64,000 bases of DNA from Candidatus Woesearchaeota archaeon CG10_big_fil_rev_8_21_14_0_10_45_16 (GTDB lineage Archaea > Nanobdellota > Nanobdellia > Woesearchaeales > GW2011-AR9), in assembly GCA_002762785.1 (NCBI GenBank), contig PCXY01000003.1:70463-134462 (forward strand), in the 5' to 3' direction. Position numbers and translations under genes: made by a program. How positions within the stretch are numbered: the first letter of the stretch is position 1; each line of letters opens with the position of its first letter. Under the pieces are notes generated by a model, which worked only from the letters and a program-made list of their open reading frames with translations, had not been told where the DNA came from and searched no databases. Shown one piece after another: positions 46,444 through 57,090 of this stretch.

Positions 46444-48057
46444 ATGAGATGGATAGCTATTCTGATCTGCTTATTAATCTTGACCACACCTGCACTAGCA
46501 GCTAACTCCTTAGCTGATGCTCAGGAACAATTACAAACGCTGAAAGGATTGGAATTTCCTGCCCCTTTGAGTTCTGTCTTCAAGAATGAACGTATGAATA
46601 TTGAGGTTACCATGCAGGATGGCAAGGTGGAAACTGTCGGTATTACTATCACTGATGGAACTATTAAAACGGTTTCCATGGAATCTTTAGAAAATCCGAC
46701 GATCATTGTCACTATGAAAGAGATGGTCTTTTTCAAAGTGATACACAGCGCTGAGCCTTTGCAGGCTTTAAAAGAAGCCATCGATAAAGGAGAGATAAGA
46801 TATTCTGCTGTGGGGTTTATCAAGAAGATCAAAATGGGGACTTTTTCATTTATTGGTACTATCATGAAGTTTTTTAGCGATGCTAACGAACAAAAAGAGG
46901 ACCTGATAGAACCAGAGATTATCGAAGAAGAGTTGGCAGAGATCCCATTAGATGTCCCAGACCCAGTCTTTGCTGCTTCAGTTGTCACCCTTGAATCTTG
47001 CGGTGATCCTGAGGGAGGCTGGCAGGAGAACCATCGCTATGAGTTATCTGCTGATATCAACGTGGAAGGAGTCTATTCTTGTTTCCAGCCCACTGCTTCA
47101 AACATAGTTTTTGATGGAAATGGCTACTCATTGAGAGGTCAGGGAGAGACTGCCATCAGAATCGAAGATCTGAACAATGTACGTCTCCACAGCTTAGATC
47201 TAGTCGGATTTGAGACTGGTATATATTTGGCCGATTCTGTTAATGTGAGCGTCCAGCAGATTCACCTTCGCAATATCCAATATGGCCTCCGTTCTGACAG
47301 AAGTGATGAAGTCAAGGTCATCAACGTCGATGCTCTCTCTGATGGAAACCGGGCAGGGATCGGCCTCTTTTTCACTTTCGGCAGCAATAATCAGATCAAT
47401 CAGAACACTTTCAGCAACCTGGCCAGCGCCATCCAGCTCCAGGGAGAAGAAGAAAGCTCTGTGACTGGGAATAGGATCAGTGGCTCTTATAGAGGCATCG
47501 TGAATACTGATGGGATACAGAACACAATAAGCCAGAATACTATCCAGGATCCTTCTATTGCCGGAATTATTCTGCGGCGTGGCGAAAGTAATACTATCTT
47601 TAGAAACATCATCCAAGGCAGTTCGGGACAGGTCAACGCCGAACCTTTGGCTGCAATCAGTCTTGATGAAAGCAATGCTAACACTATCCAGGAAAATACG
47701 ATTCAAGAAACTTTTCTGGATGGTATCCATCTTTTGGGATCTTCACAGAACATCATCCGCGCTAACACTCTCCTTGGAAATGAAGGCAAGACTGCTATCT
47801 TTCTGATAGCAAGCGCCGGCAACAACATCCTGGAGAATGAGATCACTCGCAATGGTGTCGGTATTGCTGCTCTCTCTTCTAGTCCCACTTTCAATGTCAG
47901 GATCAGCGACAATACTATCTGCAATAATAGGATTAAAGACCTGGTCTGTTCAGGTTTCCAGCAGATAGATGGGGCTGGCAACACTTTCCGCAGTCAGGAA
48001 GGTTGTCCAGTGTCATCTTGGCCGGTGCTCGGAACTCATTATCAACCCTGTAATTAG
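46444..48057 (+). CDS. Secreted parallel beta-helix (NosD/CASH-like) protein
   Basis: Signal peptide; repeated GIxL..S..NxIxxNxI units. Confidence 0.8.
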   Translation: MRWIAILICLLILTTPALAANSLADAQEQLQTLKGLEFPAPLSSVFKNERMNIEVTMQDGKVETVGITITDGTIKTVSMESLENPTIIVTMKEMVFFKVIHSAEPLQALKEAIDKGEIRYSAVGFIKKIKMGTFSFIGTIMKFFSDANEQKEDLIEPEIIEEELAEIPLDVPDPVFAASVVTLESCGDPEGGWQENHRYELSADINVEGVYSCFQPTASNIVFDGNGYSLRGQGETAIRIEDLNNVRLHSLDLVGFETGIYLADSVNVSVQQIHLRNIQYGLRSDRSDEVKVINVDALSDGNRAGIGLFFTFGSNNQINQNTFSNLASAIQLQGEEESSVTGNRISGSYRGIVNTDGIQNTISQNTIQDPSIAGIILRRGESNTIFRNIIQGSSGQVNAEPLAAISLDESNANTIQENTIQETFLDGIHLLGSSQNIIRANTLLGNEGKTAIFLIASAGNNILENEITRNGVGIAALSSSPTFNVRISDNTICNNRIKDLVCSGFQQIDGAGNTFRSQEGCPVSSWPVLGTHYQPCN

Positions 48058-48183
48058 GAGATTATACGATCAGAAGAGTTACAATCTGAAGAAGGGTTAC
48101 AATCAGAAAACTAAGTGATTATCAGAAAATAATTATAAATTTCAGAAAATGCTTGTAAATTAAGTGATTAGGAGGTAATTAAA

Positions 48184-48702
48184 ATGACAAAGATGATCCT
48201 GATGATACTAACCTTATCCCTGGCATCTCTTTTGATGCTGACGGCATGCAACGTCCAGCCAGCCGATTCCGCGGATGATTCAGTCGTCGAAAGCCAGCCG
48301 GCTGAGAACGTTCAGGATGATGTTCAGGAAAAAATCGAAGAAGAGAGCGAGACCGAAGAAGTTCAGGATGCAGAAGATACATTGGAAATTGGGGATATAG
48401 CAGATCGAGACGATACCGAAACTATGGAAAAAGTTGATTCCGTCCATAAAGTGGAAATTACGGAAAGTGGTTTCGCCCCAAGTTCACTGACTATAAACAT
48501 AGGCGATACGGTGGAATGGAGAGTGGCCAGAACCGGTTCTTACAAAAAAGCGATGATTGTTGGAGCGAGAAATTGTCTTGATGTTCGAAGCCAGCCGTTT
48601 ACTGCCGGTGAATTCTTTAGCTGGACTTTCACTGAACCAGAGACCTGCACTATCGTTGATGGGGTCATGACCACGCTTTCCAGCAAGATCGTTATAAAAT
48701 AA
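48184..48702 (+). CDS. Lipoprotein with cupredoxin fold
   Basis: LTAC lipobox, acidic linker, GFAPSSLTINIGDTVEW...FSWTF. Confidence 0.72.
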   Translation: MTKMILMILTLSLASLLMLTACNVQPADSADDSVVESQPAENVQDDVQEKIEEESETEEVQDAEDTLEIGDIADRDDTETMEKVDSVHKVEITESGFAPSSLTINIGDTVEWRVARTGSYKKAMIVGARNCLDVRSQPFTAGEFFSWTFTEPETCTIVDGVMTTLSSKIVIK

Positions 48703-48754
48703 GATCCATTCTTCTTTTTCTTTGTATCTTGTCTTTTTTATTTTTGTTATAAAT

Positions 48755-49318
48755 TTATCTCTTGCTTATCCTTTTTTTATTCTTCTTTTTCTTCTGATGA
48801 TCTCTTTTGTTCGGGTTCTTTATCTTTAGTCCTGTTTTTCTTTTCTCTATGTTCTTACCTTTAGAAACAAACCGTAATGATCTGGCAGCTATCCTCAGAA
48901 CTCGTGCCAGCCTGCCGCTCTTTGCTATTTCTTTTGCGCCTTTGCTTGCTTCAAGACTTTCATGAAGGATAGCCTGGCCGACGGCGATCTCTCCTGCTCT
49001 AAAGATGAATGAATATAACCGGGAAAGGATGGTGAATAAAAGCACGAATGGGAATACCGCAACTATATCCAGCCAGTATCGCTTGAAAAATTCTTTGATA
49101 GTCTTGGCATCTATCGCCAGAAAGATCAGGTCAATGATAAAGATGCTGATGATGAACCCATCGAGGACTGTAATCGCTGTTTCTAAAGTATGGTTCTCAT
49201 AGTGTGTCCACTTAAAAATATGGGCCAGCTCATAGAAGATGATGCCTAACAGCAGGAGGAGCGCATAGGGAATAAGCTTACTGTTGATTTTTTCTACTTT
49301 TTTCCAGAACGGATGCAT
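48755..49318 (-). CDS. Membrane protein resembling an isolated voltage-sensor (S1-S4) domain
   Basis: FIIDL, YWLDIVAVFP, RLARVLRIAARSLRF; no pore segment. Confidence 0.6.
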   Translation of the reverse strand: MHPFWKKVEKINSKLIPYALLLLLGIIFYELAHIFKWTHYENHTLETAITVLDGFIISIFIIDLIFLAIDAKTIKEFFKRYWLDIVAVFPFVLLFTILSRLYSFIFRAGEIAVGQAILHESLEASKGAKEIAKSGRLARVLRIAARSLRFVSKGKNIEKRKTGLKIKNPNKRDHQKKKKNKKRISKR

Positions 49319-49619
49319 CGTACGGCCTCTTTCTTTACTGCTTCTTTCTTTGTAGAAGTTCTTTTTGCTTTTTAAAATTATCTTTTACCATTCTCTTTTA
49401 GTAAGTTAAAATCTTCTTTTTCCACCAGTGTATTCACTGGTGGTTGACTTCTGGTAATGTCTGGAGTGGAAAAAGAAGGGTCAGAATTCGACCCGAGCCG
49501 AGGGCGAGCATGCCGCCGGTCTATTGACCGGTGGTGGTCGAATTCTTTGACGCCAGTGAAGACAAAAAATTTAAATACATTCAAGATTTACAACTATCAA
49601 TTAAAATGAGGTGTTATAC

Positions 49620-50585
49620 ATGAATAAAATTTCAAAAAAGATTATGTTGGCTGGTATGATGATTCCGTTATTATTTCTTATCGGCTGCGCTGGGCAACTG
49701 ACTGATGATGAATTAAATTCCGAGCTTGACGGCTTATCTGATGAAGAGTTATCAGCCCTCGGCCAGGAGCCTGGCGCCCTTGCTGGACAAGCCATCCAGC
49801 TGAAGTCTTCTACGGCCGCAGCTGTCAAAAAAGTTCAGAAATCTGTCCAAAGTTATTCCTGTTCGCCAAGCGGCGACAGTGTCCGTGTCTCTCTCATGAA
49901 AGATGGGAAAGAAGCTTATTCCAGGATTATCTCTCCTCTTTGTAAAGAAAACATCGCTGCCCAGCCGGTCTGTTTTGGCAGTTGGTACAGATTTGAACAG
50001 ACTCAGTGCCAGTTCGGCTGTTCTGCCGGCAGCTGTATCCAGCCGGTTATTCCTGAGGATCAGCCGGTTCAAGACTTTGAAGCCTGTGACTTGAACTTTG
50101 AAAGTTATCCTTGCTACTTTGTTGATAGAAACAACAATTTCAACGGCAAGCTGGTCGTGGGCCAGGCTGCTCCGGCTACCGATAATCTGGCCATGACCGA
50201 CATCGCTACCGGTATGCGTTATCAGAATCAGCTGGTAGGATTTGTTAATGTTACTGTGCTTGATTCTGAGGTTGCTAGCGTCTACTCTCAGAACTTGGTC
50301 TCAGTCGGTCACGCTTGTAATAATAGGGTAACGGCTCAACTGTTGGGAATTCCTCAACCGCAGCTAGTCAATGGTAGTTGTCCAAATAAAGCGTTAAACG
50401 ATGGAGAAGTGTTAATCCTGCTCTCACGGCCGGGTAATTCAGTTGCTTTGGTGGTAGCCGGCAGTGATGATGAGATGACTCGGCTAGGAGCAAAAATTCT
50501 TGCTACATCGCCCCAGTTGTTAAGTGGGACGCTGAATGTTTGTTCTGGTACAAACATCACCACTGTTCGATGTGAAGAACGCTGA
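49620..50585 (+). CDS. Lipoprotein with S-layer-like C-terminal domain
   Basis: LIGC lipobox; Cys-rich middle; KLVVGQAAPATD...NLVSVG.ACNN...LVVAG. Confidence 0.65.
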   Translation: MNKISKKIMLAGMMIPLLFLIGCAGQLTDDELNSELDGLSDEELSALGQEPGALAGQAIQLKSSTAAAVKKVQKSVQSYSCSPSGDSVRVSLMKDGKEAYSRIISPLCKENIAAQPVCFGSWYRFEQTQCQFGCSAGSCIQPVIPEDQPVQDFEACDLNFESYPCYFVDRNNNFNGKLVVGQAAPATDNLAMTDIATGMRYQNQLVGFVNVTVLDSEVASVYSQNLVSVGHACNNRVTAQLLGIPQPQLVNGSCPNKALNDGEVLILLSRPGNSVALVVAGSDDEMTRLGAKILATSPQLLSGTLNVCSGTNITTVRCEER

Positions 50586-50935
50586 TTTTGTTCTTTTTCT
50601 CTTTTTTCTTTTTTTCTTAGACCATTATAATCCTCTCAAAATCTAGTCCTGCAAATTTCTAATCCTATAACTCTCTAATCCTGGACAGTTCTGTCGCTAT
50701 CTGCACAATTCAAATTCTCAGTTTTTCACAAGCCCACTCTCTTTTTGTTTTCTTTAAAGTTCATTTAGCATAAGGTTCACCGGATGAAGAAAAGGTACAA
50801 CTACCATCTGAAATCTTCTTCAAATATTTTTGAAAACATGGGGACCGCTCTCCTTTTGATTTGCGCCGCGCTTTCAAAAGTTATTTATATCTCAATATTT
50901 TAATCTTTGCAGGAAAAGTAAATAGAGGTGTCTGA

Positions 50936-51502
50936 ATGATAAAAAAAATGTTTATTAAACTGCTTATGCTCAATATTTTGCTCTTAGCACTGTTCTTGGT
51001 CAGCTGTGCTCCTGAAACCTCTGAACAAGAGCTTCCTGAACAAGAGATGGCTGTTCAGCCGGATGTCGGTGAAGGGCAGAACAAGTACGAAGATACGCTT
51101 TTTTCAGCCGTATATCCTGATACCTGGACTTATAGCGAAGTAACATACGGCCTGCAGACCGATATCTCTTTCTTTCCGATAGGCGGGGAAAGTCTCGTCG
51201 GTTTGTTCGTGAGTCCGCTTGACATGAGCATGGCAGGACTAGAACAAGCCCGGCTTAGCGAGATAGAGAAATCAGGCGGAATACTGGCTCTCGTCTCGAG
51301 GGAAGAAGTTATCTTTGCTGGTAAGAAAGCGGTAAAGCTGACTACTATAAATGATGCTGTGGCTGTCAAGGGCGATCAGGTTGAATATATAGTCGATGCT
51401 GGTTCAAAGAGTGTATCTGTAGCATTGATCATGCCTCTCGATTCAACTGAAGATGAAAAGCAGGACTTGCAGGCCATTGCTGAAAGTATCCGTTTTGCAT
51501 AA
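50936..51502 (+). CDS. Lipoprotein, PsbP-like
   Basis: LVSC lipobox; FSAVYPDTW; ends in IAESIRF. Confidence 0.6.
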   Translation: MIKKMFIKLLMLNILLLALFLVSCAPETSEQELPEQEMAVQPDVGEGQNKYEDTLFSAVYPDTWTYSEVTYGLQTDISFFPIGGESLVGLFVSPLDMSMAGLEQARLSEIEKSGGILALVSREEVIFAGKKAVKLTTINDAVAVKGDQVEYIVDAGSKSVSVALIMPLDSTEDEKQDLQAIAESIRFA

Positions 51503-51604
51503 GCCCTCGTTTTGAATAAGTTTTCTTTTTCTTTTTTCTCCAGTATTTTTTTCATTATTGAATGAATACAAATCATTTTAAAGCTTCTTGGCCACTTTCC
51601 ATTC

Positions 51605-52702
51605 ATGCGTCAGGGAATGAAGATCGGCAGAGTTTTCGGCATCGATATATTTATCCATCCCTCATGGTGGATAATCTTTGTTTTTCTAGCCTGGGTTCTT
51701 TCAACACAATATTTTCCGCAGGTTGATATCCTGCCAGGACAGACCGGACAGATCTATTGGTTTATGGGTATCGTCTCTGCTCTCCTGTTGTTCATTTCAG
51801 TCTTGTTACACGAGCTGAGCCATTCGCTGGTCGCCCGGCTGCGGAAGATAAAAGTGAGCAGTATCACCCTCTTCTTTTTCGGCGGTGTTGCCGGTATAGA
51901 ACAAGAAGATCTTAAACCATCCTCGGAGTTCCTGATGGCGATTGCCGGTCCTTTGTTCTCATTGTTGCTGGCGGGCATTTTTTATCTTATCACCCTGCAG
52001 AACGGAAACGGTATCGTCGATGCTATGTTTTTCTATTTGGCCCAGCTTAATCTGATCCTTGGCATCTTCAATCTTATTCCCGGCTATCCATTGGACGGTG
52101 GCAGAGCTTTCCGGGCAGTATTGTATGCTGCTCTTAAAGATATCAGAAAAGCTACAAAGATAGCTGTCATCGGCGGTAAGATCTTTGCCGGAGCATTGAT
52201 CCTCTTGGGTATAATTACCCTTTCTCAAGGCGGTTGGTGGCCTCTTCTCTTGGGAGCTTTCCTTTACTTTATTGCTGGAAACAGCTATCAGCAGGTGTTG
52301 TTAAAAGATGTGCTTTCTAAGATCTCGATCAAGAGTTTTATCCTCACCAAATATGATAAAGTCAGCCCTTCACTGCCATTTGCGGCTTTTGTAAAGAAAT
52401 ATGCTGATTCAGGACGAGATACGTTTGTCGTTGGCACGACTGCAATCCAGGGTTTGCTTGATCTTAAGAAATTGAAAGTTATACCTCGACGCCCGATAAA
52501 AGTCAGCGATGTGACTATCCCTCTCTCTGCATTAGCATCCGTCTCCTCTAAGGATTCTGCGTACACGGCTTTGGAACGCTGTCTTAGTCAGGATCTTGAT
52601 CTGCTGCCGGTTGTTGACAAAGGGAGGGTGGTCGGTATTGTCAAGCGGGATCGTCTTCTTACCAGATTCCAATGGGAACTGCGGTTTGGCGGAAAAAAAT
52701 GA
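51605..52702 (+). CDS. Site-2 protease (M50) with CBS domains
   Basis: HELSH, AGP, FNLIPGYPLDGG. Confidence 0.92.
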   Translation: MRQGMKIGRVFGIDIFIHPSWWIIFVFLAWVLSTQYFPQVDILPGQTGQIYWFMGIVSALLLFISVLLHELSHSLVARLRKIKVSSITLFFFGGVAGIEQEDLKPSSEFLMAIAGPLFSLLLAGIFYLITLQNGNGIVDAMFFYLAQLNLILGIFNLIPGYPLDGGRAFRAVLYAALKDIRKATKIAVIGGKIFAGALILLGIITLSQGGWWPLLLGAFLYFIAGNSYQQVLLKDVLSKISIKSFILTKYDKVSPSLPFAAFVKKYADSGRDTFVVGTTAIQGLLDLKKLKVIPRRPIKVSDVTIPLSALASVSSKDSAYTALERCLSQDLDLLPVVDKGRVVGIVKRDRLLTRFQWELRFGGKK

Positions 52703-52936
52703 TGGTTCTGCCAGTGGATTGCGCGAGAGTTATGACATAAACCAATATATCGTCTCTCGACTCTATCTATTCTCCCAATCGCGCTCTCCTCTTCTCTCCT
52801 ATCTTTGATTTTATGATTGTCTTCTCAGGTTTTATATCATAGAGTTGTAAACTACACACCGAGAGAGAGATTAAAAATAGCAGAATGAGCTAAAACCACA
52901 AAAAGCATTAAAAAGCGGCTTCTTAATTTTAACTGT

Positions 52937-53728
52937 ATGTTCAAAGATCAGATTATCAGCCGGCTCAAAGAACTTACTGGACATAACTCTATCATCATCA
53001 CCACCAGAGGAAATGCTGCCATTAAAGCTGTTCTTTCGGCAGTTAAAGAAAAACTGCTGATCCCGGAAGAAGGCGGCTGGCTGACTTATAAGAAAGCTGA
53101 CAATTATTCTGAAGTAAAATGCGATGATGCGGTCATCAATCTACGTGATCTGGAACAGAAATTACAGACAAAAGAATATGGCGCTTTCCTTTATCAGAAT
53201 CCCGGCGGCTATTTTGCTGAACAGCCGATGGTTGAGATATATGCTCTCTGCCGGAGATTTGGGTGTTTAGTCATCTTGGACGTCTCAGGTTCTCTTGGTA
53301 CGGAGTTATGCGACGGCAGGTACGCTGATGTCAGCGTCGGCAGCTTCGGTGAATGGAAACTGGTGGAAGCTCATGTCGGCGGTTTCATCTCCTGCAAAGA
53401 TTCAAAATTATCTGAACAATTGCGCCCTGCACTTCTTGCCGATGAAGATTCATTAAAAATTATCTTAGAAAAATTAGAATGGCTGGATAAAAGGATCTTA
53501 TTCTTATCAGAAAAAAGAAAAAAAATCCTAAAAGATCTCCAAGATTTTAAGATAGTCCATCCAGATGATCTTGGTTTCGTGGTGGTAATAAAATATGGCG
53601 CGGAAAAAGAGAAAGAGCAGATTCTAACGTATTGTCAGAAGGAACAGCTTCCTTGGACAGAATGTCCTCGATATATCCGGCTTAATAAGAAAGCGGTCAG
53701 TATTGAAGTCAAACGGCTGGTGGGATGA
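52937..53728 (+). CDS. PLP-dependent transferase fold protein (DegT-like, shortened)
   Basis: TTRGNAAI, VILDVSGSLG, VGSFGEWK, GGF. Confidence 0.65.
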   Translation: MFKDQIISRLKELTGHNSIIITTRGNAAIKAVLSAVKEKLLIPEEGGWLTYKKADNYSEVKCDDAVINLRDLEQKLQTKEYGAFLYQNPGGYFAEQPMVEIYALCRRFGCLVILDVSGSLGTELCDGRYADVSVGSFGEWKLVEAHVGGFISCKDSKLSEQLRPALLADEDSLKIILEKLEWLDKRILFLSEKRKKILKDLQDFKIVHPDDLGFVVVIKYGAEKEKEQILTYCQKEQLPWTECPRYIRLNKKAVSIEVKRLVG

Positions 53729-54208
53729 GTGGCAGATTATCGTTTAAAATTAGGTTCCTCCGGCTCTCCCGGCCATTTTAAAGATTCTAACATATCTGGC
53801 CTGGCGCTGATGCGGCGCGGACCTTTACGGTACTGCGCTCTTACGCTAGGTTTTGTCGCGGCGGCTATGACTTCAGCGATCATCGCTGTAGCGCCTGATG
53901 ATCTTCCTCTGTATTCTGGACGGATCGATTTCCCTGGGGTCGAAAAGGTTGAGGTGCGCCGTTCTGCTCATCAGGAAGGAAAAAATATTTCTGAAAATAT
54001 TTCTGATGTCTCAAATATTTCAAATATTTCCCAAGACCGCTTGACTATCTCCGTCTTTTATGAAAATGGCGGCAAAATTATAATCTATGATCATAACGCT
54101 AACTATCAAATAGATGATGGTGATACGGCCCTAATCAGCCGGAGAACTGTTTATTCTCATCATGATCTTGAGCGTATCCTTGCTAAAGTACAGATGAAGA
54201 TGGACTAA
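53729..54208 (+). CDS. Hypothetical membrane-anchored protein
   Basis: Abuts the upstream stop; one hydrophobic segment. Confidence 0.5.
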   Translation: MADYRLKLGSSGSPGHFKDSNISGLALMRRGPLRYCALTLGFVAAAMTSAIIAVAPDDLPLYSGRIDFPGVEKVEVRRSAHQEGKNISENISDVSNISNISQDRLTISVFYENGGKIIIYDHNANYQIDDGDTALISRRTVYSHHDLERILAKVQMKMD

Positions 54209-54390
54209 AAATGGTTCTAATTGATTCTAATTGATTTTATCTGGCTCTAATTGATTTTATCTTCTATCTGAAGTAGAAATCATTTGTTTGCGATGGTGGT
54301 GGTCTGTGGGGTAAGACTGTGGAGTAAGACCTTTTCTACAGAGCCTGCCGGTGGCAAAGATATTTAAACCCTTTCGTTCTTCTTTTCTTC

Positions 54391-54777
54391 ATGGCATTAA
54401 AAATTCCTGATTCCATGGACGAATGTCTTTATTTCAGCAACCGCTCTATCGCTGATTGTCAAGTTTTGGCGTGGGTCTATCGCAAGACCTGTCCCAAATG
54501 CAAGAAAGCCAAGATGGGCAAGCCGGTAGTAAAAGGTAAAGTCAAGACCAGGGCTAAGGAATATACTTGTCCAGAGTGCGGTTATACTGAAGAAAAAAAA
54601 GAGCATGAAGAAAGTCTTGACTTAGAAGCGAGCTATACCTGCCCCCATTGCGGGAAAAAAGGCGAATCGACAGCTAAATACGTCAGAAAGACCTACAAAG
54701 GGGTTCCTTCGTTCATCGTCGAATGCCAGCATTGCCATGAAAAGATTCCTCTTACTAAGAAGCTGAAAGGAATTTAG
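54391..54777 (+). CDS. Multi zinc-ribbon protein
   Basis: Four CxxC pairs (CPKC, CPEC, CPHC, CQHC). Confidence 0.8.
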   Translation: MALKIPDSMDECLYFSNRSIADCQVLAWVYRKTCPKCKKAKMGKPVVKGKVKTRAKEYTCPECGYTEEKKEHEESLDLEASYTCPHCGKKGESTAKYVRKTYKGVPSFIVECQHCHEKIPLTKKLKGI

Positions 54778-54849
54778 TTTTTTATTAAGTTTTTTATTAT
54801 CTTCTTTTTGACGTAATCTTTATATATTGTTTTATTTCTAATATACGTT

Positions 54850-56940
54850 ATGGACCCGCAGAAAATAGTTGTCACGGCAGCTCTCCCTTATGCTAATGGC
54901 AGTATCCACATCGGCCACCTGTTAGAATATATCCAAGGGGACATCTTTGCCCGCTTCCTTAAGCTGATCGGTAAAGATGCGTTATACATCTGCGCTTCTG
55001 ACATGCATGGTACGCCGATCCAGGTCAATGCTAAGAAAGCTGGTATCGATCCGGAGGAGTTTGTTGAGATGTACTGGCAGGAACATCAGAAAGACATCGC
55101 TTCGTTCCTGGTCCATTTTGATAATTTCTATAAGACTCATTCGCCTGAAAACAAAGAGTTGGCAGAACTGTTCTTTAGTACGCTGAAACAGAAAGGCTTG
55201 ATCTCTCTTAAAGAGATAGAGCAGATGTACGATGAAGAGGCGAAACAATTCCTGCCTGATAGGTTTGTCAAAGGGAAATGTCCCAAATGCAAGGCTGAAG
55301 ATCAATATGGTGATGTCTGCGAGTCCTGCGGCGCGGCATATAACACTTCTGATCTGATCAATCCGTATTCTGTCCTGACTAAATCTAAACCTGTCTTAAA
55401 AAAATCAAATCATTATTTCTTCAAGCTGAGCAAGATGAGCCGGCAATTGCAGAGATGGATCAAGTCTCACCCGCTTCTGCAGCCAGAGATGGTCAATTTC
55501 GTCCAGCAGTGGCTCGATGAAGGTCTGCAGGATTGGTGCATCTCTCGTGATGCGCCGTATTTCGGGTTTGAGATACCAAACTCAAAAGAAGAAGCAGGAG
55601 CCCCTAAATATTTCTACGTCTGGTTGGATGCGCCTATCGGCTATATCTCTTCAACCAAAAATTATTGTGATGCTAATGGCAAGAGCTGGGATGATTACTG
55701 GAAAAAAGGCGATGTGTATCATGTTCTTGGTAAAGATATCACCTATTTCCATTTCTTATTCTGGCCGGCGATGCTGATGGCCATGGATATTCCCATCCCT
55801 CGGTTGACCGTCCATGGCTTTATCACTGTGAATGGTCAGAAGATGAGCAAATCGCGGGGTACTTTCTTTACTGCGCAAGAATTTTTAGAAAAGTTCGATC
55901 CAGAGGCGCTGCGATTTTATTATGCTTCCCATTTAGACCGTAAAGTTATCGATGTCGATCTAAACTTCACTGAGTTTCAGGCCGTCGTCAACAATGTACT
56001 TATGGGCAACCTCGGTAATTTCTGTTACCGCACCTTAACTTTTGCTCAAAAGAATTATGGTGAGATCACCAAAACGGCAGCGGAACCACAGCTGGTATCG
56101 GAACTAGAAAAACTATTTGTCGAAATAAAACAAAATTATCAAGATATGGATTTCAAGACGGCTGTCAAGAACATCATGAAAGCCGCCGATATCGGCAATG
56201 CTTATTTCCAGAAAGCAGAACCGTGGAAAAAGAAAGAAAATGAGGCGGAGAAAGAAGAAGCCCGGGCGGCGGTAGGGTTCTGTGTCAATATTGCCCGTAA
56301 TTTGGCTATCATCTGCAGTCCGATCCTGCCAGAGTTCAGCCGTAAGATATTTTCCTCTCTCAATCAGACCGGTCGATCTGAGACATCTTTCCGATGGGTT
56401 GATCTTTCCTTCCACTGGAAAGGCAGGATAGAAGAAGTCCAGAAGCTGGTGGAGAAGATTGAAGAATTGCCCCAGCGCGAAAATTTTTCCTTGTCGATAA
56501 AAGCTGGTCAGATCGTTGAAGTGAAAAATCATCCTAACGCTGACAGCCTCTACCTGATGCAGGTTGATTTTGGTTCCCAAAAGAAGCAGGTGGTAGCCGG
56601 ACTTAAAAAATATTTCACGTCTGAACAGCTCCAAGGAAAGAAAGCCTTATTCTTAATGAACCTGAAACCAGTTAAGATCCGCGGTGAGAAATCGGAAGCG
56701 ATGACGTTGGTGGCAGATGATGGCCAGATTCTTGCTCTTCTTGAAGTAGATGCTCCGCTTGGTTCTCAGGTTTCTGTTGACGGGTTGGCGGTTTCTGAAG
56801 CAGAGATCGGTTTTGACGAGTTCCAGAAAGTGAATTTAGTTGTTGAAAAAGGCCGAGTCGTCTATAAAAGCAAGGTTCTGAAAGCGGCGGGCAAAGAAAT
56901 AGCTGTCACCAGCGTGAAAGATGGGGCTAAAATCGGTTGA
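54850..56940 (+). CDS. metG: Methionyl-tRNA synthetase with C-terminal tRNA-binding domain
   Basis: PYANGSIHIGH, zinc knuckle, KMSKS, HPNADSLY. Confidence 0.97.
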   Translation: MDPQKIVVTAALPYANGSIHIGHLLEYIQGDIFARFLKLIGKDALYICASDMHGTPIQVNAKKAGIDPEEFVEMYWQEHQKDIASFLVHFDNFYKTHSPENKELAELFFSTLKQKGLISLKEIEQMYDEEAKQFLPDRFVKGKCPKCKAEDQYGDVCESCGAAYNTSDLINPYSVLTKSKPVLKKSNHYFFKLSKMSRQLQRWIKSHPLLQPEMVNFVQQWLDEGLQDWCISRDAPYFGFEIPNSKEEAGAPKYFYVWLDAPIGYISSTKNYCDANGKSWDDYWKKGDVYHVLGKDITYFHFLFWPAMLMAMDIPIPRLTVHGFITVNGQKMSKSRGTFFTAQEFLEKFDPEALRFYYASHLDRKVIDVDLNFTEFQAVVNNVLMGNLGNFCYRTLTFAQKNYGEITKTAAEPQLVSELEKLFVEIKQNYQDMDFKTAVKNIMKAADIGNAYFQKAEPWKKKENEAEKEEARAAVGFCVNIARNLAIICSPILPEFSRKIFSSLNQTGRSETSFRWVDLSFHWKGRIEEVQKLVEKIEELPQRENFSLSIKAGQIVEVKNHPNADSLYLMQVDFGSQKKQVVAGLKKYFTSEQLQGKKALFLMNLKPVKIRGEKSEAMTLVADDGQILALLEVDAPLGSQVSVDGLAVSEAEIGFDEFQKVNLVVEKGRVVYKSKVLKAAGKEIAVTSVKDGAKIG

Positions 56941-57068
56941 TTAGGCGAAGGTATTTAGTTAGCCTGCACGGCACGATTACGGGAGCGGATTTACATAATC
57001 AATTTAGGCTCCCGTGTGCCTCAATGGGCAAGGTAACTAAATACGTACGATTAGGCAAAATTTAAATA

Positions 57069-57089
57069 TACGTGTACGTGTACGTGTAC
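57069..57089. promoter_or_regulatory. TACGTG tandem/palindromic repeat between the TATA box and vapB start, candidate operator
   Basis: TTTAAATA followed by TACGTGTACGTGTACGTGTAC immediately before the ATG. Confidence 0.5.
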
Positions 57090-57090
57090 C

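Noticed and set aside
56969-57020. Hairpin between metG and vapBC
   Set aside because: A single stem-loop consistent with a terminator; no further evidence of a mobile element.
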